DNA of 63,889 nucleotides, filler included, from Octopus bimaculoides (GCF_001194135.2; 6 parts of 6 records of this genome joined end to end with filler, not necessarily neighbours in it), one strand, 5' to 3'; positions 25,661 through 37,790 are shown, counted from the whole stretch's first letter. Numbers and translations are program-made. The notes: generated by a model not told the origin, from the letters alone.

Positions 25661-26095
25661 TGCTAGCATGGGTTGGATGATTTGACTGAGGACTGGTGAA
25701 CCGGATGGCTATGCCAGGCTCCAATCTGATCTGGCAGAGTTTCTACAGCTGGATGCCCTTCCTAATGCCAACCACTCCGAGGGTGTAGTGGGTGCTTTTA
25801 TGTGCCACCGGCACGAAGGCCACTCAGGCAGTACTGGCAACGGCCACGCTGAAAATGGTGCATTTTATGTGCCACCTGCACAGAAGCCAGTCCAGCGGCA
25901 CTGGCAATGACCTCGCTTGAATGTCTTTTCACGTGCCACCAGCATAAGTGTCAGTAAGGTGACACTGGTAACGATCACGCTTAAATGATGCTATTTACAT
26001 TCCACTGGCATGGAAGCCAGACAGCTGCTCTGGTAACGATCACGCTCGGACGGTGCTCTTAGCGCTCCACTGGTACAGGTACCATCACGATTTTG
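25661..26095 (-). mobile_element. SINE family 3 (inverted relative to 24473-24838)
   Basis: The reverse complement matches the same family. Its 3' end is cut by the gap. Confidence 0.85.
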
Positions 26096-27344
26096 ATTTC
26101 ATTTGCCCCAATAGGTCTTTGCAAGCCGAGTTTAGTGGTCAATGAAGGAAAGGTACACATAAGTGGGCTGGCTACACCCATGGCAGAGGCCTCGGATTAT
26201 ATATATATATACACACACACACATACATGTATATTATATTTTCTGACGCTACTCTATCTCTTTCTCTTCCGCCTCAATTTTTCCCCCTCTCGTTCTTCCT
26301 TTGTTACTACTACGTATCTCCTTTTCCCCCCTCGTACTTCCTCTCTTCCTCTTGTTGCTCACCTATTCTTCTACTTCCTCCCTTTGTTTCTCCCTCTACT
26401 ACTCTCTCTCTCTTCCCCTTACACTGGCATGGTCACATGCTTCCGGTCAATAATCCTTTTCTTCCTTGGCTATCACTGAGCAAACACGCGAACTTACTTC
26501 GTCCCCACTTTCAAGTTCGTGCCTCACAGCGTTCATACACATAATTTTTCCGGTCTGGCTGTATAGCCTTTTCTGTTTGTTTTCCTGTCTTGTTNNNNNN
26601 NNNNNNNNNNNNNNNNNNNNNNNNNNNNNNNNNNNNNNNNNNNNNNNNNNNNNNNNNNNNNNNNNNNNNNNNNNNNNNNNNNNNNNNNNNNNNNNNNNNN
26701 NNNNNNNNNNNNNNNNNNNNNNNNNNNNNNNNNNNNNNNNNNNNNNNNNNNNNNNNNNNNNNNNNNNNNNNNNNNNNNNNNNNNNNNNNNNNNNNNNNNN
26801 NNNNNNNNNNNNNNNNNNNNNNNNNNNNNNNNNNNNNNNNNNNNNNNNNNNNNNNNNNNNNNNNNNNNNNNNNNNNNNNNNNNNNNNNNNNNNNNNNNNN
26901 NNNNNNNNNNNNNNNNNNNNNNNNNNNNNNNNNNNNNNNNNNNNNNNNNNNNNNNNNNNNNNNNNNNNNNNNNNNNNNNNNNNNNNNNNNNNNNNNNNNN
27001 NNNNNNNNNNNNNNNNNNNNNNNNNNNNNNNNNNNNNNNNNNNNNNNNNNNNNNNNNNNNNNNNNNNNNNNNNNNNNNNNNNNNNNNNNNNNNNNNNNNN
27101 NNNNNNNNNNNNNNNNNNNNNNNNNNNNNNNNNNNNNNNNNNNNNNNNNNNATATATAAATAAAGTTTGATGGAAATGTAAGTGTGGGTTTCTCTCTGAA
27201 ATTTATCTTCTGCTAGTTTCTCACCAACGTTGTCATCGTCATCGTCATCGTCCTCATCCTGTTGTCATTAGTGTTGTTATTTCCATTGCCATCATCATCA
27301 TGTCACCATCATCATCATGTCACCATCATCATCATTGTCAATAT

Positions 27345-27545
27345 AAGGCAGCGAGTTGGCAAAATCATTAATCACACCGGACAATATGATTGGTAGCATT
27401 TCGTCCGTCAGCGCGTCGTTCTGAGTCCAAATTCTGCCGAGATTGACTTTGCCCTGTTAATCCTTTCAGGCTTGATGAAATAAGTACCTGCTGACTACCA
27501 GGATTAATGTAATTGACCATTACCCTCCCTCAAAATTTGCTATCA
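27345..27545 (+). mobile_element. SINE family 2
   Basis: taaggcagcgagttggcaaaatc..ttctgagtccaaattctgccgagattgactttgcc..aagtacc. Confidence 0.8.
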
Positions 27546-28252
27546 GTGTTTTCATATTCCTGTTGAAATACACTGCCTGTACTTGAATTAATAAAATATC
27601 TCTGCTATTAGGCATGGCTGTATGGTAAGAAGCTTGCTTCCAAACCACATGAGTGTTGTAAACATTATCAAACACACATACACAATGTATCTACTTTGCT
27701 TGTTTGCTTGTCAGCTGTGAATTGCTATAGTGGAGATGACCCTCTCAAAGCATTGGGTGTTAAAACACCTGAAAGGTGGCACTTAATATAAACAGAGGTG
27801 ACACTTAACAAATATAAGCTCTGAGAGCTGCCTAACCCCATCCTGTGCTATTAAGTCATAAATTTCCACAATTTATTTTTTAACTGAAGAACTTGAAGTA
27901 GGTAAAGCTATACAAAATACCATGTAACACGGAAAGGTTTTTAGCCCATTATTTGTATGCTATTTTTTCATAGCTTTATCTTTGTCTACATTGAGTTCTA
28001 TGATTAGAAAAAAAAAAAAAAAAATTAATGTTCTCAATGTATATATTTTCATGACATATACAATATCTTTTAATTACGAAACTGTACTTTCCAGGCAAGT
28101 AATTTGATCCGAAATGATGCATTGAAAATAAAGATTGCATGGAGGACATGTATCAGTCATTCAAAAAACCCACAGAGACTGTTTACGTCTCTTAAACACT
28201 TATTGTTTCTGAGCAACGAAAATTTTAACACTACATTACAAACAATAAATGT

Positions 28253-28365
28253 TTAAGTCTTTAGTATTCAGATTACTCTGTCAAATATAAAGCTTATTTA
28301 TTCACATTATTTTGAATTCCTCATTCATTATCTCGTAGCTTTGAGATTTCGATTATATCATCATT
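28253..28365. mobile_element. piggyBac-like MITE terminus fragment (second copy 33680-33735)
   Basis: ttaa(g/t)(t/c)ctttag(t/c)attcagattactctgtcaaat(a/g)taa is shared by both loci and begins with TTAA. Confidence 0.5.
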
Positions 28366-28945
28366 GTCGTCATTCAACATCCATTTTCCGTCTTGGTATG
28401 GGTTTGATGGTTTGATTGGCATCAGGCTCCAGTCAGTTTTGGCTGGGATTCTATGACTGGATGCCCTGCCTAATGTGGATACCCTGCCTAATGTCAGCCG
28501 CTCTACAGAGTGTACCAGGTGCCTTCCATGTGTCGCTGGCACGGGTGCTTTTCATGTGTCACTGGTATGAGTGCCTTTCACGTGTCACCAGCATGGGTGC
28601 CTCTCACATGTCACTGGCACAGGTGCCTTCCATGTGTCGCCGGCGCTGGTGCCCTTCATGTATCACCAGCACAGATACCTCTCATGTTGCGAGTACAGGT
28701 GCCTTTCATGTATTATTGGCATGCAACATGGCTATGTTTTACATGTCACCAACACTGGTGCCTTTTATGTGTCACTGGGCCGTGGCATGGTTGCATTTTA
28801 CATGTTATTGGCACTGGTGCTTTTCACCCATCACCGGCACAGGTGCCTTTTACGTGTCACCAGAACAACTGCCTTTCATATGTCACTAGCATTGGTACCT
28901 TTTATGTGTCACTGACATGAGTGCCTTTTACGTGTCACCAGCATG
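28365..28945 (-). mobile_element. SINE family 3 with expanded internal ~30-bp minisatellite
   Basis: Family-3 modules (ctggatgccctgcctaatg) are followed by many diverged gtgcc(t)tt(t)ca(c/t)gtgtcac(c/t)ggca units. Confidence 0.8.
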
Positions 28946-29304
28946 TTTATTTCTAATTTGACATTGTAGGATAGGTATGAGAGGCCAGATCTGGCCAGTC
29001 TGAATGTAAAACGGGTAAAATATTTCGGCTGAAATGGCTAAGTGCTAAGTGAAGTTAAGTCTGTGTGTTTCTGAATGGCTCACATACATCATTCATGCTG
29101 CATTGTCTTTCGTACTTTTTCCTAAAGTATTATTGATAAAACTGTATCCTAACAGATATGTTGCTGCTTGGTGGTCCCAGGTCAGTTCTATTCAAGAAAA
29201 CCTTTGAACAAAGGCATTCCAGCCATGGCCATCATGTTTTTTTTTTGTTTTCTTATACATAGTAAGTAAATTCAGAGCTCTGACATCCAACCTGTACTTC
29301 TGAT

Positions 29305-29735
29305 GATTAGAGCATAATGAGAAAGATTTCACTGCTATTTCTAGCATTTTAAGCTACCATGTGAAGAGTCTCTTGTTGGTGCATATTGTGACACAAATTA
29401 ATGAAATATGTACTTCATTTTTAAGATAATTAGCACATGGTTTGAGGAAGATTTCACTGCTATTTCTAGCATTTGAAGCTACCATGTAGAGAGCCCTTGG
29501 TGCATGCTGGTGCATGTACTTCATTTTTAAAATAATGAGGGCATGATTTGAAGATTTCATTGTTGTTTTTAGCATTTCAAGCTACCATGTTGAAGGTCTC
29601 TTGTTGGTGCATGTTGTGACTGAAGTTCATGAAATGCCATCAATTTAATTTTTAAAGTGATTAGAGCATAATTGGCAGACGATTTCACTGCTATTTCTAG
29701 CACTTCAAGCTGTCGTGTAGAGGGTCCTTTGTTAG
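29305..29735. repeat. Four diverged ~110-125 bp tandem units
   Basis: gatttcactgctatttctagcattt.aagctaccatgt.gag recurs at ~29325, ~29450, ~29550 and ~29680. Confidence 0.85.
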
Positions 29736-29867
29736 TGCCTGTTATGGTGAAGTTGTGATAGGAATTAATGAAATTTACTGTATGCTATATTTAGCAATAG
29801 TCTTGGACTGACAGACACCTTGAGTGGAATTTGGTTTATGAAAATTCTGCAGAAGTCAATTTGTAAG

Positions 29868-29909
<42 letters not shown>

Positions 29910-30174
29910 CATGCACACATACATTCTCAAGGCTTTGTGCAATTTCTGCNNNNNNNNNNACACACACACACACACACACATGCATGCACACATACATTCT
30001 CAAGGCTTTGTGCAATTTCTGCCTGTAATGTATATCATCATCATCATCATCATCATATATTCTCATTGGTCTGATGGAATTTATTGAGGCAGATTAAGGC
30101 CAGATGCCCTCTCTGTTGCTGGCCCACTGTTATTTCTAAGTAAGACCAGATAAAATGCTTAAATAGTCTTTGAC

Positions 30175-30757
30175 TATTAATTCTACCATGAAGGGAAACC
30201 ATTGGGTCAGCGGATTTCCAAGATATAGCTCCCTAGGTCATCACAGATCCTCCTCCATGTTTAACAGTTGGAAGAAGGCAGTTTGGCACAAATGTTTCTT
30301 TTGGCTGTCTCCACACATATACTCGGTTGGTGGTCGGAAATGAGGTAAAGGATGATTCGTCTGAGAAAATAACATTCTTCCACTGCTCTAGGGACCAATT
30401 CTGTAGGTTTTTACTCCCCTCTAAACACATTGCACCATTTGTTTTTGAAAGTAGTGGATTGCAGCCCTCCCATGAAATCTGGCTTTGTGCAGCTGCCGGT
30501 GAACAGTTTTTGTGGAAAGTGGGTTCTCGAGGTGGTCATTAAGCTCTGCAGTAATTTTGGGAGCTGTACTTTTGTGGTCCTTTCTAACAATACATGTAAG
30601 AGCCTGACGGTCCTTATCTGAAAGTTTTAGTTTTCTTCTGAAGTTTTGTTTCACTGAGGGGGTTTTACCCTCTTTCTCAAAAGCTATCATTACTTTTGAG
30701 ACAGTAATTCTTGATACACCAAACATTTTGGGTGTTTTCATTACGCTATCGCCTACT
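30175..30757 (-). pseudogene. Tc1-family transposase fragment (frameshifted)
   Basis: An HTH region (FGVSRITVSKVM..LSDKDRQALTCIVRKDHKSTAPKITAELN..LSTKTVHRQLH) is followed in another frame by QWKNVIFSDESSF..VWR..PTVKHGGGSVMT*GAIS. Confidence 0.92.
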
Positions 30758-31166
30758 NNNNNNNNNNNNNNNNNNNNNNNNNNNNNNNNNNNNNNNNNNN
30801 NNNNNNNNNNNNNNNNNNNNNNNNNNNNNNNNNNNNNNNNNNNNNNNNNNNNNNNNNNNNNNNNNNNNNNNNNNNNNNNNNNNNNNNNNNNNNNNNNNNN
30901 NNNNNNNNNNNNNNNNNNNNNNNNNNNNNNNNNNNNNNNNNNNNNNNNNNNNNNNNNNNNNNNNNNNNNNNNNNNNNNNNNNNNNNNNNNNNNNNNNNNN
31001 NNNNNNNNNNNNNNNNNNNNNNNNNNNNNNNNNNNNNNNNNNNNNNNNNNNNNNNNNNNNNNNNNNNNNNNNNNNNNNNNNNNNNNNNNNNNNNNNNNNN
31101 NNNNNNNNNNNNNNNNNNNNNNNNNNNNNNNNNNNNNNNNNNNNNNNNNNNNNNTATATATATATA

Positions 31167-31385
31167 TATGAGGTGGTGCTGGAAAGTTCCTGGTTTTGAG
31201 GATATCACGAAAGGCCTGTTTGGACGCCCAACCTTTAGAGTTCTTTTACAGGGCTCAGTAAAACTGAAGAACTGCTGCAATGAGTGTGTGAATCTGAGAG
31301 GGGAATATGTTGAATAATATCATAATTAACTGATTTTGTGTTTTCATTTACCCTAAGCCAGGAACTTTTCAGCACCCCCTTGTGT
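31167..31385. mobile_element. mariner-derived MITE
   Basis: Inverted repeats gaggtggtgctggaaagttcctggttt / aagccaggaacttttcagcaccccct. It internally retains a transposase end (..CVNLRGEYVE*) and lies in a TA context. Confidence 0.85.
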
Positions 31386-31439
31386 ATGGAAATATGTGTA
31401 TGTATGTATGTATGTACGTATGTATGTATGTATGCATGT

Positions 31440-31600
31440 ATATGATGGATTTCTTTCAGATTCTGTCCAACTGTAGCCTCAGGCTGACCAAAGTCTTGTG
31501 AGTGGATTTGGTGAAGACACTTTCCTGAGGTACCATGCAATGGGACTGCACCCAAAGCCACATGGTTGGGAAATTAACCCCTTAACCACCCAGCTATGCC
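31440..31600 (-). mobile_element. SINE family 1, 5' half (tRNA/CORE-like head)
   Basis: tttctttcag..accaaagtcttgtgagtggatttgg..gggactgcacccaaagccacatggttgg. Confidence 0.75.
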
Positions 31601-32082
31601 TGTTCTAGAGTTACAAAAAGACAGAATGATCTCAGCTTGAAAACCTTTGGTCATGGATCTGCTCAGTAAAAGCTGACCTAGGGTTAAACAGTAGCCACCT
31701 CTAAGTGTGAAGTGAACATTTCGTAGTCTGTCACTGGTGATGTGTTGTATGTATCTTGGTAAAGCACTGAGAATTGATGAAGTGATTCATCGGTTTTGAG
31801 TACTTCCTGTAATAGGCCAACATCCTAGCTGTATCCTCTGATTTGCCTACTTCACATGACGACGGTTGCCAGAGCTGGGCACCATCTTGAGGACGGCAGC
31901 AGCAGTGGAAGGGAAATGAAATCATTCCAAACTATGGATTGATATTTGAATCGCAGAACAGGTTTTACCAGGAGCTTCTGTCTTCGTCTTGCTCTAAATA
32001 AAGACAATCCGTAACAAAATAAGAAATATGAGAATTTTTTGGAAACAAAAAAACAAAAAACCTTATAAGCAACAACGCATTC

Positions 32083-32430
32083 TTTTATTCTTTTATTTGT
32101 TTGTCATTTTGACTGCGGCCATGCTGGAGCAATGTCTTTAGTCGAGCAAATCGACGCCAGGACTTATTCTTTGTAAGCCTAGTACTTATTCTATCGGTAT
32201 CTTTTGCCGAATTGCTAAGTTATGGGGACGTAAACGCACCAGCATCGGTTGTCTAGTGATGTTGCAAGGACAAACACACACATACACATATATATATATA
32301 TACATATATACGACAGGCTTCTTTCAGTTTCTGTCTACCAAATCCACTCACAAGGTTTTGGTTATCCTGAGGCTATGGTAGATGCCACTTGCCCAAGGTG
32401 TCATGCAGTGGGACTGAACCCAGAACTATG
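32083..32430 (-). mobile_element. SINE family 1, near full-length
   Basis: The tail half, an internal (CA/TA)n tract and the head half are contiguous. Confidence 0.9.
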
Positions 32431-33327
32431 TAAACAAACTTTGTTTTGTTTTTGGACACATCGAATGTATATCATGTCATACGGATACAAATTTTTCTTT
32501 TATTTAAGGGTAAAGTACCCAGTCTTTCTGCTGTTTTCACGACTATATTGCATTCGAAATATTACTGTCTCATCTGTATAACCCTTCTTGTATATTTTTG
32601 TGCTGAATTAATTTAGGTAGAATTATGAAATATTTTGTCCTGATGTCATGGAATTAAATCAAACGTGTTTTCACGGTCTGATAGCTACTGAAGAATTTTG
32701 CTGCGTATCACATTTAGTAAATAGTTCAGTACTTCACTGAAGTGCCGGTATGTCTTGGATGAATGTATAGAAGCAGAGCTGCAACTGCAGCAGTGAATAG
32801 CTGAGTGGTTTTAAATATTAAACCTCATTGAAGCATCAGAAAATGTTGATCCTGTTAAAAGATGACGGAAGCAGATACTAAACTGGTTGCTTGTGTAACT
32901 TTTAGTTTTCTATGTTGTTTAGTCCTAGGTTGGTCCTCAGTGAGCAGACTGATGATCAAAGGCATTCCAGTCATGACCATTCCACCTTTATTTTTTATTT
33001 AAAATAATTTTTTTTTGCTGACTTTATGCATCAAAGACTATCACCTCCTTCTCTTCCACCTCCTGCTCCTCTGCCTCCCTCTCCTACTCTTCCTTTTCCT
33101 CCTCCTTTTCATCATCATCATCATATACATGATCACAGCCATCAGCACAACTACCACCATCACTCTGAACCCACACCACCACCATCACAATCATCATCAT
33201 CGTCGTCGTCGTCGTTGTCATCATCATCATCACCATCGTGATCGTCATCACCATTTTCGTCGTCGTCATCATCATCCTCATCTTCGTCATCATCGTCATT
33301 GGGTTAAAGGAGGTTTGGATGTTACCT

Positions 33328-33670
33328 TCTACTTGTTTCAGTCATTAGACTCTGGCCATGCTGGGGCACTGCCATGAAGAATTTCTAGTTGCATGAATCA
33401 ACTCTAGCACTTATTTTTTAAAGCCTGGTACTTATTCTGTCAGTCTCTTTTACCAAACCACTAAGTCACAGGGACATAAACACACCAGCACCAACACCAA
33501 CACTCAGATATATATGATAGGTTTCTTTCAGTTTCCATCTACCAAATCCACTCACAAGGCTTTGGTCAGCTTGAGGCTATAGTAGAAGATATCCAAGGTG
33601 CCATGGAGTGGGACTGAACCCAGAACCATGTGGTCGGAAAGAAAACTTCTTATCACACAGCCATGTCTGC
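33328..33670 (-). mobile_element. SINE family 1, near full-length
   Basis: Same architecture, ending gaaccatgtggtcggaaagaaaacttcttatcacacagcc. Confidence 0.9.
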
Positions 33671-33967
33671 ACCTATTATTTAATCCTTTAGCATTCAGAT
33701 TACTCTGTCAAATGTAATGCTTGTTTATTCACAGCAGAAGTTTGTGCTCTCTCAGTGCTCTTATTATTATTATTATTATTGTTATTGTTATTGTTATTGT
33801 TATTGTTATTGTTGTTGTTGTTGTTGTCAGGCAGTGAGCTGGCGAAACCATTACTGACCCAGGTAAANNNNNNNNNNNNNNNNNNNNNNNNNNNNNNNNN
33901 NNNNNNNNNNNTTAATTAATTAANNNNNNNNNNNNNNNNNNNNNNNNNNNNNNNNNNNNNNNNNNNN

Positions 33968-34396
33968 TTACAAAGCAATTGAGAAATGAATCTGTCTGGT
34001 TACAGAGAAGAAGCGACGAACAAATTTCAAATCAGCACGATTTCTGATTTTCAATCAAATTGTGTGGTACACATTTATCGAGCTTTTTTGATTTTCCGAT
34101 CGCATGCAAATGGTTGCAGGCAGTTTTCTGGCTAACTTGAAGTTCTTTTGCCAGTTCTCGAGTGGTTTTATGGGGATCTGTTTCAATGACAGTCTTTAAT
34201 TGACCGTCATCGATGACAGATAGGCGTCCACTATGCTCACGATCTTCAAGGGTCAAATCTCCACTGCGAAATCGTTTAAACCATTTTCGAGCTGACCACT
34301 CACTGGTCATTTCCTCACGAAGCGGTTCGGTGATATCGCGAGCAGTTTCAGCTGCATTACGTCCTGTTTTGAAGTTCAATACCAAAATTTTCGAAT
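33968..34396 (-). pseudogene. mariner transposase N-terminal fragment (Hsmar1/SETMAR-like)
   Basis: FKTGRNAAETARDI..SARKWFKRFRSGDLTLEDREHSGR..DPHKTTRELAKEL..HLHAIGKSKKLDKCVPHNL..C*FEICSSLLL. Both ends abut gaps. Confidence 0.93.
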
Positions 34397-34964
34397 NNNN
34401 NNNNNNNNNNNNNNNNNNNNNNNNNNNNNNNNNNNNNNNNNNNNNNNNNNNNNNNNNNNNNNNNNNNNNNNNNNNNNNNNNNNNNNNNNNNNNNNNNNNN
34501 NNNNNNNNNNNNNNNNNNNNNNNNNNNNNNNNNNNNNNNNNNNNNNNNNNNNNNNNNNNNNNNNNNNNNNNNNNNNNNNNNNNNNNNNNNNNNNNNNNNN
34601 NNNNNNNNNNNNNNNNNNNNNNNNNNNNNNNNNNNNNNNNNNNNNNNNNNNNNNNNNNNNNNNNNNNNNNNNNNNNNNNNNNNNNNNNNNNNNNNNNNNN
34701 NNNNNNNNNNNNNNNNNNNNNNNNNNNNNNNNNNNNNNNNNNNNNNNNNNNNNNNNNNNNNNNNNNNNNNNNNNNNNNNNNNNNNNNNNNNNNNNNNNNN
34801 NNNNNNNNNNNNNNNNNNNNNNNNNNNNNNNNNNNNNNNNNNNNNNNNNNNNNNNNNNNNNNNNNNNNNNNNNNNNNNNNNNNNNATATATATATATATA
34901 TATATATATAGGCGGTCCCGTATAGGACTTTTGTTGTAGATGAGTGCTAGATTACAACATTTCC

Positions 34965-35190
34965 CTAGCGTTTAGAGCGTTACATTTATGATCACAAGAT
35001 TGTGGTTTCAATTCCCACATCGGGTGGTGCTTCGTGTTCTTCCTTTCACGTTGCTCCAGTCCGCTCATGATTGAATGAGTAACCGTGTGATGGACTGGCG
35101 TTCTATCCAGGATGGTCATTATGATCTCGACCACGTATAGTTGCCATGGTAACCGAGTAACCGATCCTTCAAGTCCTAAGGTTCAAGATG
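34965..35190 (+). mobile_element. SINE family 4
   Basis: gattgtggtttcaattccc..ttcacgttgctccagtccgctca..gatggactggcgttctatccagg, with a tail homologous to 20000-20090. Confidence 0.75.
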
Positions 35191-35224
35191 GCAAACGTGG
35201 GTTTTGAAAGAGCTTTTATACTCT

Positions 35225-35464
35225 ATCTTCTACTTGGTTCAGTCCCTGAACTGTGGCTATGCTGTAGCAATGCCTTAAAGAATTTTAGTGGAACGAATCA
35301 ACCTCAGTACTGATCTTTTTAAAACCTGGTACTTATTCTATCGCTGTCTTTCACCGAAGCGCTAAGTTACGGGAACATAAACACACCAACACCTGTTGCC
35401 AAGCGGTGATGGAAGACAAACACAACACGCGCGCGCGCACACCCACACCCACACACACACAAAC

Positions 35465-35534
<70 letters not shown>

Positions 35535-35690
35535 GTAAACGACCGGCTTCTGTTTACCAAATCCACTCACAAGGCTTTGGTCAGCCTAAAGCTATAGTGG
35601 AAGACACTTGTACAGGGTTCCACGCAGTGGGACCGAACCCGGAACCATGAAGTGGGGAAGAAAACTTTTTACCACCCTACCACTCCTGCA
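35225..35690 (-). mobile_element. SINE family 1, full-length with long internal (CA)/(TCTA)n
   Basis: Tail and head halves flank about 110 bp of microsatellite. Confidence 0.9.
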
Positions 35691-36616
35691 CTTTTATATA
35701 TAGTTCCTCCACATGGTTAAAAATTTCGCTTCACAATCATGTGCACTTAGGCTTTTACTGTCATAGCCGTAGGGTTTGCTACGGCAATAGCCTTAAGTCT
35801 ATCCAAACCCTCTTAGGGATTGGATAGGCTTACGGCAACCTTATAAAGTTCGTACACACCCAGCCACCCACCCACACACACAGATGCATACGCACACACA
35901 TACATATAAATATACAGAGAGAGAGAGAGAGGGGGGAGAGAGAAAGAGAGGGAGTGGGATGGGGAAATAAATAATAAAATTCCTTGAATTCATTTCACCA
36001 AATATTAAAAGTTAAATGATGGATTTAATTTGCAGAATGATAAATGATAAAAACGGAAAAAAAAAAAGAACGGAAGAAAAATCAAAAGAAAAAGAAACAA
36101 AAAATAAGAGAATTAATAAATAAGCTATGTTTTGTACTTCCATCCATTGGCAGACGATAACATACTTCTCCATTTTTTTTTTCATTTTCTGAACGAACGA
36201 CAAATTTGAGCAACAAGCTATGTTGGCGGTGGAATTTAATGTGGAATACAGCAAGATTAAGTAACGATAAATAATTGAATAATTTAAATAAATATCTAGC
36301 CAAGAAAAAAAAGGAAAGAAATGAGGAGAAAAAAGAGTAAAAATTAACATTATGTATATGTGTGTGTATGAAAGTGAATGGTCTCGTGAGGGAGAAGGAA
36401 ACCGCAAATAGCATTGAGTAAATAAAGTAAAATTATAAGTCAGTGGTTGTCTGGTGTTGAATGTCGATAACCACAGTTTGTGAGATAAACATTTGTATTA
36501 ACATTCATTCATAATACGTACATACATACATACATATATACACACATACACGTACGTTTACGTACGAATGTATAAATATATATGTGTGTGTGTATATGTA
36601 CATATGTATATTTATT

Positions 36617-36648
<32 letters not shown>

Positions 36649-36699
36649 NNNNNNNNNNNNNNNNNNNNNNNAAATTATATTAAGTATAAAATTTTAAAT

Positions 36700-36836
36700 A
36701 ATCTTTTTTCTACTCTAGGCACAAGGCCTGAAATTTTGGGGGAGGTGGCCAGTCGATTACATCGACCCCACTATGCAACTGGTACTTAATTTATCGATCC
36801 CGAAAAGATTAAAGGCAAAGTCGACATCGGTGCAAT

Positions 36837-36837
<1 letters not shown>
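36700..36837 (-). mobile_element. SINE family 2, 5'-truncated at a (TTA)n tract
   Basis: The reverse complement is gtcgactttgcc..cgataaattaagtaccagttg..ggggtcgatgtaatcgact..aaaatttcaggccttgtgcctagag. Confidence 0.9.
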
Positions 36838-36897
<60 letters not shown>

Positions 36898-36898
<1 letters not shown>

Positions 36899-37709
36899 TT
36901 GCGCAGACGGAGACTGATCCTTAGTACGTAATTAAATGGACGGAATAAGATTGAAGCTATCAACACCTGGGTGGTTTCACTCTTTAGATATGGCGTAAGG
37001 ATAATCGCATGGACAGTAGACGAACTAAACAGCTTAGACAGAAAGACAAGGAAGTTGCTAACTAGATATGGGTCACTCCACTCAAAAAGTGACACAGATA
37101 GACTGTATGTACCAAGAAAAAAAAAGGGGGAAGAGGACATATTGGATGCGAACACAGCATTAGAGCAGAAGAGAACAACATAGCATGGTATGTAAGAAAT
37201 GCCACAGAACCGCTATTATTAGAAGTAAGAGGGTCAGGCTTGTGTAGGATGAAAGATTGCAAAGATAAAGCACTGTACAGGAAATTGAAAACGAATGAAA
37301 GTGAAAATAGGTGGGTCAAGAAAAGAATGCATGGTCAATTTCATAGGGATGTTGAAGATAAGACAGACAGAAAAAAAAGATGGCTGTGGATAACTAAAAT
37401 TGATTTAAAACCGGAAACGAAGGCTGTAATCTGTGCTGCCCAAGAGCAAGCACTAAGAACAAACTACATAAAATACAGAATAGACAACACAGCAGAAAGT
37501 GATAAGTGCAGAATCTGTGGACAAAATGGAGAAACCGTATGGCATATTACCAGTTAATATACGCCACTAGTCCAGTAGGAATATAAGAGACGCCACGAGA
37601 ATATAAAAAGGTTTGTCCATTGGACACTTTGCAACAAGTATGGACTTGACAGAGCAAAAAATTGGTACGACCATAAACCTGAAGGCATCATCGAAAATGT
37701 GCAAAGGCA

Positions 37710-37712
<3 letters not shown>
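36898..37712 (+). pseudogene. R4/Dong-clade LINE internal fragment (end of RT, thumb, CCHC zinc knuckle)
   Basis: NGRNKIEAINTW..FRYG..DRKTRKLLT..SDTDRLYVPRK(frameshift)..MHGQFHR..ICAAQEQALRTNYIK..KCRICGQNGETVWHITS..EYKRRHE..VHW. It is flanked by ~20 and ~26 TAA units. Confidence 0.92.

Positions 37713-37790
<78 letters not shown>

Noticed and set aside
28416-28920. Cys/His-rich ORFs of 114-157 aa
   Set aside because: They derive from the internal minisatellite of a SINE.
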